A stretch of DNA of 62,291 nucleotides, the filler included. It is 2 parts of 2 records of this genome, joined end to end, with 100 filler letters (N's around TTAATTAATTAA, not from the genome) between each part and the next. Parts side by side here need not be neighbours in the genome. Positions count along the whole stretch, not along the records: positions 30,595 to 62,291 come from SRR31156797_120; 1 more part is not named here. The stretch is one strand, 5' to 3'. Positions within the stretch are counted from its first letter, which is position 1. Each line of letters begins with the position of its first letter. Of the stretch, positions 47,738 through 56,300 are shown one piece after another. The translations under genes and the position numbers were made by a program. The notes under the pieces were generated by a model that ran no database searches, had not been told where the DNA came from, and saw only the letters and a list, made by a program, of their open reading frames with translations.

Positions 47738-48556
47738 ATGAAAAAAGATGTAATTGTAGTAATTGGAGCAGGTTCGATAGGTCAAGCTTGTGCAAGAAAA
47801 GTTGGATATGGAAAACATATTTTACTAGCAAATTTAGATACTAATATCTTGCTAAATGCGGTTGAATCATTTGAAAATTCGGGATTTGAAGTTAGTAGTC
47901 AAAAAGTTGATATATCATCAAAACAATCAGTAGATGATTTAGTTAAAAAAGCTTCAAATATAGGTAATGTTACTAATATAATTATTGCAGCAGGAGTATC
48001 TCCTTCACAAGCTTCAATAGAAGATATACTAAAAGTTGACTTATATGGTACAGCAATAGTTCTAGAAGCGTTTGGAAAAATTATCACAAAAGGTGGAAGC
48101 GGAATAGTAATCTCTTCTCAATCAGGACATAGAATGCCTTCTTTGAGTCAAGAAGAGGATAAATTGTTAGCAATCACTCCAACAGATGAACTTTTAAGTT
48201 TAGACTTAATCAATCCAAAAAATATAAAAGACACTTTGCATGCATATCAAATGGCAAAAAGAGCAAATGGCTTAAGAGTTAAGTTTGAAGCAATAAATTG
48301 GGGAAAAAAATCAGCTAGAATAAATGCAATCAGTCCTGGAATAATTATGACACCATTAGCAAAGGATGAATTAACTGGTCCAAGAAAAGATTTTTATAAA
48401 AATATGATAATTTCAAGTCCTGTAGGAAGAGTGGGAACAGCCGATGAAGTAGGAGAATTAGCAGCTTTTTTAATGGGTCCAAATGCTGGATTTATCACTG
48501 GTAGTGATTTTTTAATGGATGGAGGGACAACCTCAGCTTTCTTTTTTGAAAAGTAA
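47738..48556 (+). CDS. SDR-family oxidoreductase
   Basis: GAGSIG, AAGVSP, YQMAK, INAISPG, FITGSDFLMDGG. Confidence 0.9.
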   Translation: MKKDVIVVIGAGSIGQACARKVGYGKHILLANLDTNILLNAVESFENSGFEVSSQKVDISSKQSVDDLVKKASNIGNVTNIIIAAGVSPSQASIEDILKVDLYGTAIVLEAFGKIITKGGSGIVISSQSGHRMPSLSQEEDKLLAITPTDELLSLDLINPKNIKDTLHAYQMAKRANGLRVKFEAINWGKKSARINAISPGIIMTPLAKDELTGPRKDFYKNMIISSPVGRVGTADEVGELAAFLMGPNAGFITGSDFLMDGGTTSAFFFEK

Positions 48557-48630
48557 AATTTAACAAATATATTATTGATACACTTTTAGTACACTTTCTG
48601 AGTATATTAAGATATACAAAGGAGTTTAAG

Positions 48631-48822
48631 ATGAGAAATAAAAATTTAACAAAACAAAAACTGTTTGATATTTCATTAATTCTAACAGATAAAGAAAAAA
48701 AGATGTTAAGAAATGTTGGATATATACTTTTGTCAGATGATAGAGTTCAAAGTAGCAGAAATCTGCAAAGTTATTCCATCAAAAAAAGAGATGATGTTTT
48801 ATTCTTACAACTAAATAGTTAA
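48631..48822 (+). CDS. Hypothetical 63-aa basic protein
   Basis: AAGGAG RBS 6 nt before ATG; ends at a shared hairpin. Confidence 0.55.
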   Translation: MRNKNLTKQKLFDISLILTDKEKKMLRNVGYILLSDDRVQSSRNLQSYSIKKRDDVLFLQLNS

Positions 48823-48843
48823 AACTCTCCTACTAGAAGAGTT
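48823..48843 (-). terminator. Hairpin between convergent small genes
   Basis: Minus strand AACTCTTCT-AGT-AGGAGAGTT then TT. Confidence 0.5.
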
Positions 48844-48946
48844 CTAATATTGTAAGATAACATCCGGCAGCAACTGAAACTTCGAAAATCAGTACCGCCA
48901 AAAGATCTCTTTTATTTTCTATCAAATTTATAGCGATATTTTTCAT
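48833..48946 (-). CDS. Unannotated 37-aa hydrophobic microprotein (MKNIAINLIENKRDLLAVLIFEVSVAAGCYLTILELF)
   Basis: AAGGA RBS 5 nt before ATG; TGcTATAAT at 48983-48975; C-terminal 23-aa hydrophobic stretch; terminator at stop. Confidence 0.7.
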   Translation of the reverse strand: MKNIAINLIENKRDLLAVLIFEVSVAAGCYLTILELF

Positions 48947-48989
48947 ATGTTTCCTTTTCATAAAATTGACTTACATTATAGCACAATTT

Positions 48990-49047
48990 TTAGCACTTGT
49001 AAAGTCAGTATGCTAATTTTCTAGCACTTATTTAGTTAATTTGCTAA
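48990..49047. promoter_or_regulatory. Two CIRCE-like (HrcA) operators
   Basis: TTAGCACTT-N9-GTATGCTAA (48990-49016) and CTAGCACTT-N9-ATTTGCTAA (49021-49047) versus TTAGCACTC-N9-GAGTGCTAA. Confidence 0.75.
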
Positions 49048-49092
49048 TTTTTTAAAATTAATTTTAGTTTTTCTAGTTTATAATTTTATTTA

Positions 49093-49115
49093 ACTTTAGT
49101 CTATATTACTAAAGT
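49093..49115. promoter_or_regulatory. HAIR-like (HspR) operator
   Basis: Perfect palindrome ACTTTAGT-N7-ACTAAAGT versus CTTGAGT-N7-ACTCAAG. Confidence 0.7.
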
Positions 49116-49206
49116 ATCTTTTTTATTTTTAATTAAATAAGGAGGAAAAATAGAGTAAAAGAAGTCTTGTAAAAATACTATTGAACTAAGCACTTAAAAA
49201 ATAGAG

Positions 49207-49233
49207 TAAGTCAAGAGTTAAGCTCTTGACTTA
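49207..49233 (-). terminator. Hairpin terminator of the FIST/kinase operon
   Basis: TAAGTCAAGAG-N5-CTCTTGACTTA, just after the stop at 49237. Confidence 0.7.
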
Positions 49234-49236
49234 AAA

Positions 49237-50355
49237 TCAATCTTCAACTTTGTCAAATTCCATGATGAATTTAACACCAATGTTTGAGTTTTCGATTGTA
49301 AGATTCCCTTCAAAAGAGTTTTTAACAACAAGTTTAACCATATAAAGTCCTATTCCAGTACCTTCTGATTTTGTTGTATAATAAGGATCAAATACTTTTT
49401 CTAAATCTTCTTCTTTTATTCCTCCTGCATTGTCTGCAAAAGTTAGATAGTTTTTATCATCTTTCGAATAAACATTTAGTTCAAGTTTTCTATCACTGAT
49501 TCCTCTTTCTTCAAAGGCTTGAATAGCATTTGTAACAAGATTCATCAATACTTGAGTTAACTCCATCTCTACACCTCTTAGTGTAAAGTCTTCTTGAAAG
49601 TTTATAGTCAAGTCTACATTGTTTTTCTTAATCATAGAATCTACTAATTCAAAACTTCCATCTAATGTTTTTTTAATAGAAAATCTTTTTTTATCTTTAT
49701 CAGCTTTAAAAAACTCAAGGAAACCATCAATTGTATCTCTCATATGATGGATTTGAAGTTTTGTGTTTTCTGAAAAGTCTGTAACTGTTTCTTTATCTAA
49801 CTCACCATAATCATATGAATATTTTATATCATCACAATACAAAGACAAGATATTAAGTGGTTGTTTTAATTGATGTGAAATTACACCAATCATTTCACCA
49901 ATTGAAGCCATTTTTGTGTTATGAACTACTAGTTTTTGTGCTTCAGATAATGATGCTTTTGTTTCTTTGCTTTTATTAAATAAATCAATATAAACTTTTA
50001 ATTTTGAACTTAAAAGATTTACATCAATAGGTTTCGAAATATATTCAATAACACCTAAATCATACCCTTTTTGTTGGTAAGCATCTTTATCATAAATACC
50101 TGTAATAAAAATGATTGGGATATCTTTTAGTTTTTCTATTCCTTTAATATATTCAACAAATTGGAAACCATCAATATCTGGCATTTGAATATCACTTAAG
50201 ATTAAATCAACATCGTTTTCCATTAATATTTGAATTGCATCATTTGCATTTAACGCAGTAAAAATATTTACATCAAACTCTTCTATTAACAGTTGTAAAG
50301 AATAGATATTCTCTTCAACATCATCTAAAATTAGTATTGAAAATTTATTATTCAT
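49237..50355 (-). CDS. Hybrid receiver-histidine kinase (REC-HisKA-HATPase)
   Basis: ILDD, SDIQMP, SKP; ISHQLKQP; NLVTNA; DNAGG; GTGIGL. Confidence 0.92.
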   Translation of the reverse strand: MNNKFSILILDDVEENIYSLQLLIEEFDVNIFTALNANDAIQILMENDVDLILSDIQMPDIDGFQFVEYIKGIEKLKDIPIIFITGIYDKDAYQQKGYDLGVIEYISKPIDVNLLSSKLKVYIDLFNKSKETKASLSEAQKLVVHNTKMASIGEMIGVISHQLKQPLNILSLYCDDIKYSYDYGELDKETVTDFSENTKLQIHHMRDTIDGFLEFFKADKDKKRFSIKKTLDGSFELVDSMIKKNNVDLTINFQEDFTLRGVEMELTQVLMNLVTNAIQAFEERGISDRKLELNVYSKDDKNYLTFADNAGGIKEEDLEKVFDPYYTTKSEGTGIGLYMVKLVVKNSFEGNLTIENSNIGVKFIMEFDKVED

Positions 50356-51863
50356 CGTCTTCCCCCAATAAAATCTTTTATATCATTTACATCAACTAAA
50401 TTATCTTTAATTATATAGATGCCATGTTCAAATCTCTCTTTTAATATATCAAGTTCATATTTTGATATTCCGCCACTATCAACTATTATTAAATCAAAAG
50501 AGTCGTTAACTTTTTCAAATAAATCATCGATTTTTGAAACTTGTGTAATAGTATGAGTTTTTTGTAACTCAATAACTATATTTATAAACTTAACCACATC
50601 AGTATTATAAAGTAATATATTCTTACTTTCAACTTTTTCTTCTTTTTTCTTATTCTTTACAGATGCAACATTTCTTTGAACCTGTTCATCTTCAATATCT
50701 AATATATCAAAGCATTTTATGGCATCAGTATTTTTAGGAATCGTTACATAAAAAGTTGTTCCTTGACCTAGTTTGCTTTTTACAAAAATCGAACCTTTTA
50801 GAAGATCTAAAAGTTCTTTTGTAATAGCCAAACCAAGCCCTGTTCCACCGAATTTTCTAGTAGTACTACTATCTGCTTGTTTAAACCTATCAAATATATC
50901 TGTAAGTCTATTTTCTGCTATTCCTACCCCTTCATCTTTTACTGAAATTGAAATATTTTCATCTTCATCTTTTACTTTAAAGTAAATTGATTTTCCTTTA
51001 TCAACAAACTTTACTGCATTGCTAAGAAGGTTTTTAACAATTTGTTTAATCTTCTTTTCATCACTATATATATACTCGATTTTTTCATCAAACTCAAAGT
51101 TTAAATTTATATTTTTCTCTTTTGTTTGAGGCAAGAACATAGAATAAACTTCATTTAACACTTCATATAGATTTAATTCTTCATAATCAAGGACAATTTT
51201 CCCTGATTCTATTTTTGACAAGTCAAGTACATCATTTATCAATGATAAAAGATAAGAACCTGAATTATTAATAATCTCAATATTTTTTACATCTCTTTCA
51301 GTAAGGTTTCCATTTTTATTTTCTTTCATCAAAGAAGAAATTACATTGATTGAATTAAGAGGCGTTTTTAATTCGTGGCTCATATTTGCCAAGAAGTCAT
51401 CTTTTGATTTATTTGCTGATTCAAGTTCTTTTTTTTGCTCTTTTAGTAAATCATTTGCTTCTTTCATTTTTTGAACATTCAAGCATGATTTTATACTTAG
51501 ATTTAATTTAGAGATAAAACTTTCAAACATAGAGATAAAAAAACTTAGGTCTAAATCCATTTGCTTTATTACGAGATAGATTGAACCATACTCTAATCTC
51601 AAGATTATAACAATTCTTTCATCTTCGTCTATTTTATTAATTGAATTATTAAAACTTTTATATATAGAAGGGTCAAAATTATGTATTTTTCCAAAAGAAG
51701 CTACCTGTGTGAACTTTTCATCATCTAAACAATACAAAGCATAAATAGCATAAGTTTCGCTAACAAAAGTACGCAAAACTTCTTGCATCATCTCATTTAA
51801 TTCCAATGAGTTACCAATAGAACTATAACATTTATATGTTATTGCTAAATTATTTACTAACAT
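50352..51863 (-). CDS. Cytoplasmic histidine kinase with GAF-like N-terminus and degenerate C-terminal receiver
   Basis: FLANMSHELKTP, NLLSNAVKF, DEGVG, FKQAD, GGTGLGL; ATG 51863. Confidence 0.9.
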   Translation of the reverse strand: MLVNNLAITYKCYSSIGNSLELNEMMQEVLRTFVSETYAIYALYCLDDEKFTQVASFGKIHNFDPSIYKSFNNSINKIDEDERIVIILRLEYGSIYLVIKQMDLDLSFFISMFESFISKLNLSIKSCLNVQKMKEANDLLKEQKKELESANKSKDDFLANMSHELKTPLNSINVISSLMKENKNGNLTERDVKNIEIINNSGSYLLSLINDVLDLSKIESGKIVLDYEELNLYEVLNEVYSMFLPQTKEKNINLNFEFDEKIEYIYSDEKKIKQIVKNLLSNAVKFVDKGKSIYFKVKDEDENISISVKDEGVGIAENRLTDIFDRFKQADSSTTRKFGGTGLGLAITKELLDLLKGSIFVKSKLGQGTTFYVTIPKNTDAIKCFDILDIEDEQVQRNVASVKNKKKEEKVESKNILLYNTDVVKFINIVIELQKTHTITQVSKIDDLFEKVNDSFDLIIVDSGGISKYELDILKERFEHGIYIIKDNLVDVNDIKDFIGGRR

Positions 51864-52927
51864 AATACACCAACTACACAAGTTTTATTGTAAAAGTTTA
51901 TATACTCATTACCATTATTTGCAATTTCCCCTAAAGTCATCGCTCCAAAAACTCTTTTTGTAGGGACTTCAGACTTGATTGCACCAAGTTCTTTTTTAAA
52001 ATCCTTTTCTAAGAATATTGTTCTAGAAATACAATTAAAAAGAATTATATTATTTATTTTTTCTTTTTCTTTTACTTTAGCTAAAGCATTCTTAATAGCA
52101 ATACTTGAAGACTCTATTAATCTTTCTTTTTGCCCTTTTAATATGTTAATTGTAGAGTTTTGCTCTATATCACCAACTAAAACCATATTTCCATCTTCAT
52201 CTAAAGCTATTGCATCTCGCACAATAATATCTTCATTGAATTTAACTATTCCAAGAGGATATGCCTTTACTATATCTAAAAAGTTATTCTTATCAAACTT
52301 TAATCCAGAGTCTTTTTCTACTACCTCTTTATAAAGTTCAAAAGCACTTTTAAAGTTTAAAGATTTTAAAATATTTTTTTGTACTGAAGTTACTATGAAA
52401 GGACCTTCTAAATATTCCCACCCATTTTCAATACCAACTGTAACTTTAGATTTTGAAGTAAGAACAATAGCGGCATCTTTGAAAATACCCTTATTAGAAA
52501 AAATAACAGGCTCTTGTTTTAAAGTCATTTTACCTGCTCCTCCTCCTATAACTTCACTATTTATTGGTAGTCTTTGGAATACAGTTTCTAAAAATGTTGT
52601 AACATATTTACTTAAACCATCTAGTATTATCAATATAGAATCAAAATTTGAAAGTTTCATAATATCAATATCTGAATTTCTCATATCTTCTAACAAATAA
52701 GCATTTATATTTTCAGTTAATTCACATGCAATCATTCCCTCATCAGAATTAAAATCTTCAAATACTATTTGAGGTACTATTGCACCTTTAAAATCTGCAT
52801 TAAGTTCTTGTAAATGTTCTAAATCAAAGTCTGTTTTCTCAGCAACTAAAAGAAAAAATCTACTATTTTTGTTTTTATTTACTTCAACAAATGTTTTAAT
52901 ATCCTCATAATATCGTACTGTTTTCAT
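51857..52927 (-). CDS. FIST-domain (NosP-like) sensor protein
   Basis: LDGLS, IGGGAG, ENGW, YPLG, VRD, FNCISR, GAMTLGEI, FYNKT. Confidence 0.88.
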   Translation of the reverse strand: MKTVRYYEDIKTFVEVNKNKNSRFFLLVAEKTDFDLEHLQELNADFKGAIVPQIVFEDFNSDEGMIACELTENINAYLLEDMRNSDIDIMKLSNFDSILIILDGLSKYVTTFLETVFQRLPINSEVIGGGAGKMTLKQEPVIFSNKGIFKDAAIVLTSKSKVTVGIENGWEYLEGPFIVTSVQKNILKSLNFKSAFELYKEVVEKDSGLKFDKNNFLDIVKAYPLGIVKFNEDIIVRDAIALDEDGNMVLVGDIEQNSTINILKGQKERLIESSSIAIKNALAKVKEKEKINNIILFNCISRTIFLEKDFKKELGAIKSEVPTKRVFGAMTLGEIANNGNEYINFYNKTCVVGVLC

Positions 52928-52939
52928 CTCTTTTCCTTA

Positions 52940-54715
52940 CTAACAATCACTCAATTCTTTATTTATTTTTAGAAATTGATCTATTTTCTCAAATAAAATA
53001 TTTACAATTTTTGGTTCAAAGTCTTTTCCAACTCTTTCATGAAAAAAGTTTTTTATATCTTCAATTTCCCATTTATCTTTGTAGCATCTTTTACTATTCA
53101 AGGCATCAAAAACATCTGCAACTGATGTTATTCTTCCAAATATATGTATTTGTTCCCCTTTTAATCCATTTGGATATCCCGTTCCGTCCCACTTTTCATG
53201 GTGTTCATGAGCAACAATAGATGAAGCATTCAATATTTTTCTTTTTGATCTATTAAACATCTTGTAGCCAATTGAAGTATGTTCTTTCATTTTTTCATAT
53301 TCTTCACTTGTAAGAGTTGATGGTTTTTTCAATATTGAATCATCAATTGCAATTTTTCCAATATCATGCATAGGAGAAGCCAATTTTAAAAGCTGTGCAT
53401 CCTCTTCAGAAAGCCCATACTCTTTTGCTAAGATATAACTATATAAAGCCACCCTTTTTACATGGTTTTTTGTTTCTTTACTTTTTGATTCAACAACTTC
53501 ACCAAGTGTTTCAATCAAATCTTTTTGGGTTAGTTCAATCTCTTGTTGGAGTTTGATTATCTCTGTAATATCATTTCCAACAGCCAAATACTCAATAACC
53601 TCTTCATCTTCATTGAACACTGGAGAAAATGTAAAATCAATATATATTTTTTGTTCATCTTTCAAAGCTAAAGTAACAACAGTTTTCTTTGTCTTTTTAT
53701 CAACTAAATTTGCAAATACATCTTGAAAAGACTCTTCTCCTATTATTTTTGATAAACTTACATCTATAAATGAGTTTAAGTCTTTTTCTATCAATGAAAT
53801 AAATTTACTATTTGCATTTACTACTTTAAATTTTTTATTTAAATTGATTAAGATAGTTGAGTTGTCTAAGCATCTTTTATACTCATTTAAAAGATGTGTT
53901 TTTGAAGTCAAACTCCCTTTATACTTTTTAAGTTCAACCTCTAATAGTTTATTTAATCCCTCTTCTTCTGTAATATCATTTGATATTGAAATATATTCAA
54001 TAATATTTTCTGTGTAATCACGGATAGGTATTATGGTAGAGTCTAATACATATTTTCTTTTTTCAATTGTTTGAGAAGTCAACTTACCTTTCCAAATGCC
54101 ATTTGACTCTAAGACTTCCCATATATCTAAAAAAGTTGATGATGGTTCATCTTCCAATGAATTAAAATTAAAAAATTGATTTCTTACACTGTTTTGTGTA
54201 AAACCACTTAGCTCTTCATATTGTTTATTTACATAGGTTATTTTACCTTCTAAATTAAACTTCATTACAATAGAGCTTTCATCAATTGCATCTTTATATT
54301 GATACATAAGTTTTTTAGTCTCATGCGCTTCAATCTTTTCACATACTGAATATATTTTATCTATTAAAAGATCTAATTCTATTGGTTTTAACAAATAACT
54401 ATCTATATTTAATTCTATTGCTTTTATTAAACAAGATGCTTCAGTTCTTGCTGTTGTCAATAGTATAGGAGTATCAGGATTAATCTGTTTTATTTTTTCT
54501 GATAATTCCAAGCCGTCCATTAATGGCATATTTATATCACTTATTACCAAATCTATTTTTGACTTATTAAAAACATCTAAAGCCTCTTTTCCATTTGGAC
54601 AATAATATATTTCATTAAATATTCTATTTAAAAACTTTGAAAGTTTATTTGCAGCTTCCAGCTCATCTTCTACATATAAAACATTTAATTTATTTAAATA
54701 CTCTTTATTAATCAT
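52940..54715 (-). CDS. REC-PAS-PAS-HD-GYP cyclic-di-GMP phosphodiesterase
   Basis: YVEDE, SDINMP; two PAS; HVKRV, MHDIGK, HHEKWDGTGYP, ADVFDAL. Confidence 0.92.
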   Translation of the reverse strand: MINKEYLNKLNVLYVEDELEAANKLSKFLNRIFNEIYYCPNGKEALDVFNKSKIDLVISDINMPLMDGLELSEKIKQINPDTPILLTTARTEASCLIKAIELNIDSYLLKPIELDLLIDKIYSVCEKIEAHETKKLMYQYKDAIDESSIVMKFNLEGKITYVNKQYEELSGFTQNSVRNQFFNFNSLEDEPSSTFLDIWEVLESNGIWKGKLTSQTIEKRKYVLDSTIIPIRDYTENIIEYISISNDITEEEGLNKLLEVELKKYKGSLTSKTHLLNEYKRCLDNSTILINLNKKFKVVNANSKFISLIEKDLNSFIDVSLSKIIGEESFQDVFANLVDKKTKKTVVTLALKDEQKIYIDFTFSPVFNEDEEVIEYLAVGNDITEIIKLQQEIELTQKDLIETLGEVVESKSKETKNHVKRVALYSYILAKEYGLSEEDAQLLKLASPMHDIGKIAIDDSILKKPSTLTSEEYEKMKEHTSIGYKMFNRSKRKILNASSIVAHEHHEKWDGTGYPNGLKGEQIHIFGRITSVADVFDALNSKRCYKDKWEIEDIKNFFHERVGKDFEPKIVNILFEKIDQFLKINKELSDC

Positions 54716-54837
54716 TGATAAATCCTTTGAAAAAATTATAACTTTAAATGGTATTAGAATAGTAATATTATTTTAAAAAAAAGAGTACTTTTGGAATATT
54801 TTTTATTGTTATAATTTTTGAAAATAAGGAGTAAATT

Positions 54838-55521
54838 ATGACTATGAATATCAAAACATCGGAATTTCTTCAAGAGAAATCAGTATTAATAATAGGGAAA
54901 GACTCTAATATTACAAATACAGTTACTACTTCTATCTCAAGTTATATGGAAAAGATTGAAGTAATAAATAAGATTCCTACATCAAGTAGTTTGTTTGAGT
55001 ACGATTTAATTATTGCAGATATTGATAACTTAGATGTAAAAGAATTATTTAAAGTATTATCTAATGATTTTTATAATACACCCGTTATTTTTTTAACTTC
55101 TGATATTGAAAAAGTTAACTTTAATTATCTTTATAATGTATCTGTAAAAAACATTTTATTGAAAGAATCTTTGTTTTTAGATAATATATTTATCTATATA
55201 TATATTATTTTACAAAAAAGTGATAAAATAATATTTAAGAATGGATACTATTACTCATTAAACAAGAATAGATTCTACAATAGAAGCAATGAGGTGCCAC
55301 TAACAAAGCTTGAGTTAAAGCTCTTTCAATATTTGGTAAAAAATATAAATAGAGTAGTTAACTATGAAGAACTAAGAAGTAATGTCTGGTTAAATGATAG
55401 CTGTACTATTTATAGTATGAGAAATGTTATTAATAAAATAAGAGAGAAATCTTATTATGAGATAATAAGTAACATTTCAAAAAAGGGTTATATAATAAAC
55501 AATGAAGTTGTTTATGCATAA
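54838..55521 (+). CDS. Atypical response regulator (degenerate receiver plus wHTH)
   Basis: IIGKD replaces the acidic pocket; wHTH LTKLE..MRNVINKIREK..KKGY. Confidence 0.8.
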   Translation: MTMNIKTSEFLQEKSVLIIGKDSNITNTVTTSISSYMEKIEVINKIPTSSSLFEYDLIIADIDNLDVKELFKVLSNDFYNTPVIFLTSDIEKVNFNYLYNVSVKNILLKESLFLDNIFIYIYIILQKSDKIIFKNGYYYSLNKNRFYNRSNEVPLTKLELKLFQYLVKNINRVVNYEELRSNVWLNDSCTIYSMRNVINKIREKSYYEIISNISKKGYIINNEVVYA

Positions 55522-55565
55522 CTCTTATGATACTATTTTAGTGCCTTTTAAAATAGAATAGAGTT

Positions 55566-56300
55566 ATGGAAAATTTTAAAGATTATGAAAAAAGTATTAG
55601 GATTTTATTGGTTGAAGATGATCATCATACTCAACTAAAGCTACTTAAAATTTTAAGTAGATATTATGATGATGTTATAGTTGCTAAAAATGGGGAAGAA
55701 GCTTTAAGAATCTTTAGAGAGTTCTATATAAGAAGAAAACCATTTGACTTGGTTGTAAGTGATATAAATATGCCAATGATGGATGGGATTAATCTCCTTG
55801 AAAATGTTAGGCAAGTAGATGAGTTATTACCTTTTATTTTTGTTACAGCTCAATTAGAGTTAGAAACACTTTTAAGAGTAGTAAAACTTGATATAGATGA
55901 TTATATTTTAAAGCCTATTGAGATTAATTCTTTAATGTTGAGTATTGATAAAACTATTAAAAAAAGTTTTAAAAGAAAATTTTTGACAAAAGATAAAGAG
56001 CAAATCTTTTTAAGTAAAAATCTATATTGGGATCCAACAGAAAAGACTATTTATTTAGATGAAAAGCAAGTTAAGTTGACAAAAAAAGAGATAATGTTTT
56101 TAGATATGCTTTGCACTAATATAAACCAAGTAGTAAGTACTGAAACCATAGTTTATAATCTTTGGGAAGATTCTATAGAAGTTGAAGCAAATATTGCAAA
56201 TTTAAAAAATTTGATTTCTAGAATCAGAATAAAACTGTCAGGTCTAAAAATAGAAAATGTTTATGGACTGGGATACAAATTAAGGATGTCTAATGAGTGA
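55566..56300 (+). CDS. OmpR-family response regulator
   Basis: LVEDD, SDINMP, LKP; LKNLISRIR..YGLGY. Confidence 0.92.
   Translation: MENFKDYEKSIRILLVEDDHHTQLKLLKILSRYYDDVIVAKNGEEALRIFREFYIRRKPFDLVVSDINMPMMDGINLLENVRQVDELLPFIFVTAQLELETLLRVVKLDIDDYILKPIEINSLMLSIDKTIKKSFKRKFLTKDKEQIFLSKNLYWDPTEKTIYLDEKQVKLTKKEIMFLDMLCTNINQVVSTETIVYNLWEDSIEVEANIANLKNLISRIRIKLSGLKIENVYGLGYKLRMSNE

Noticed and set aside
49188-49215. TAAGCACTT as a third CIRCE
   Set aside because: No matching right arm; it merges with the terminator hairpin
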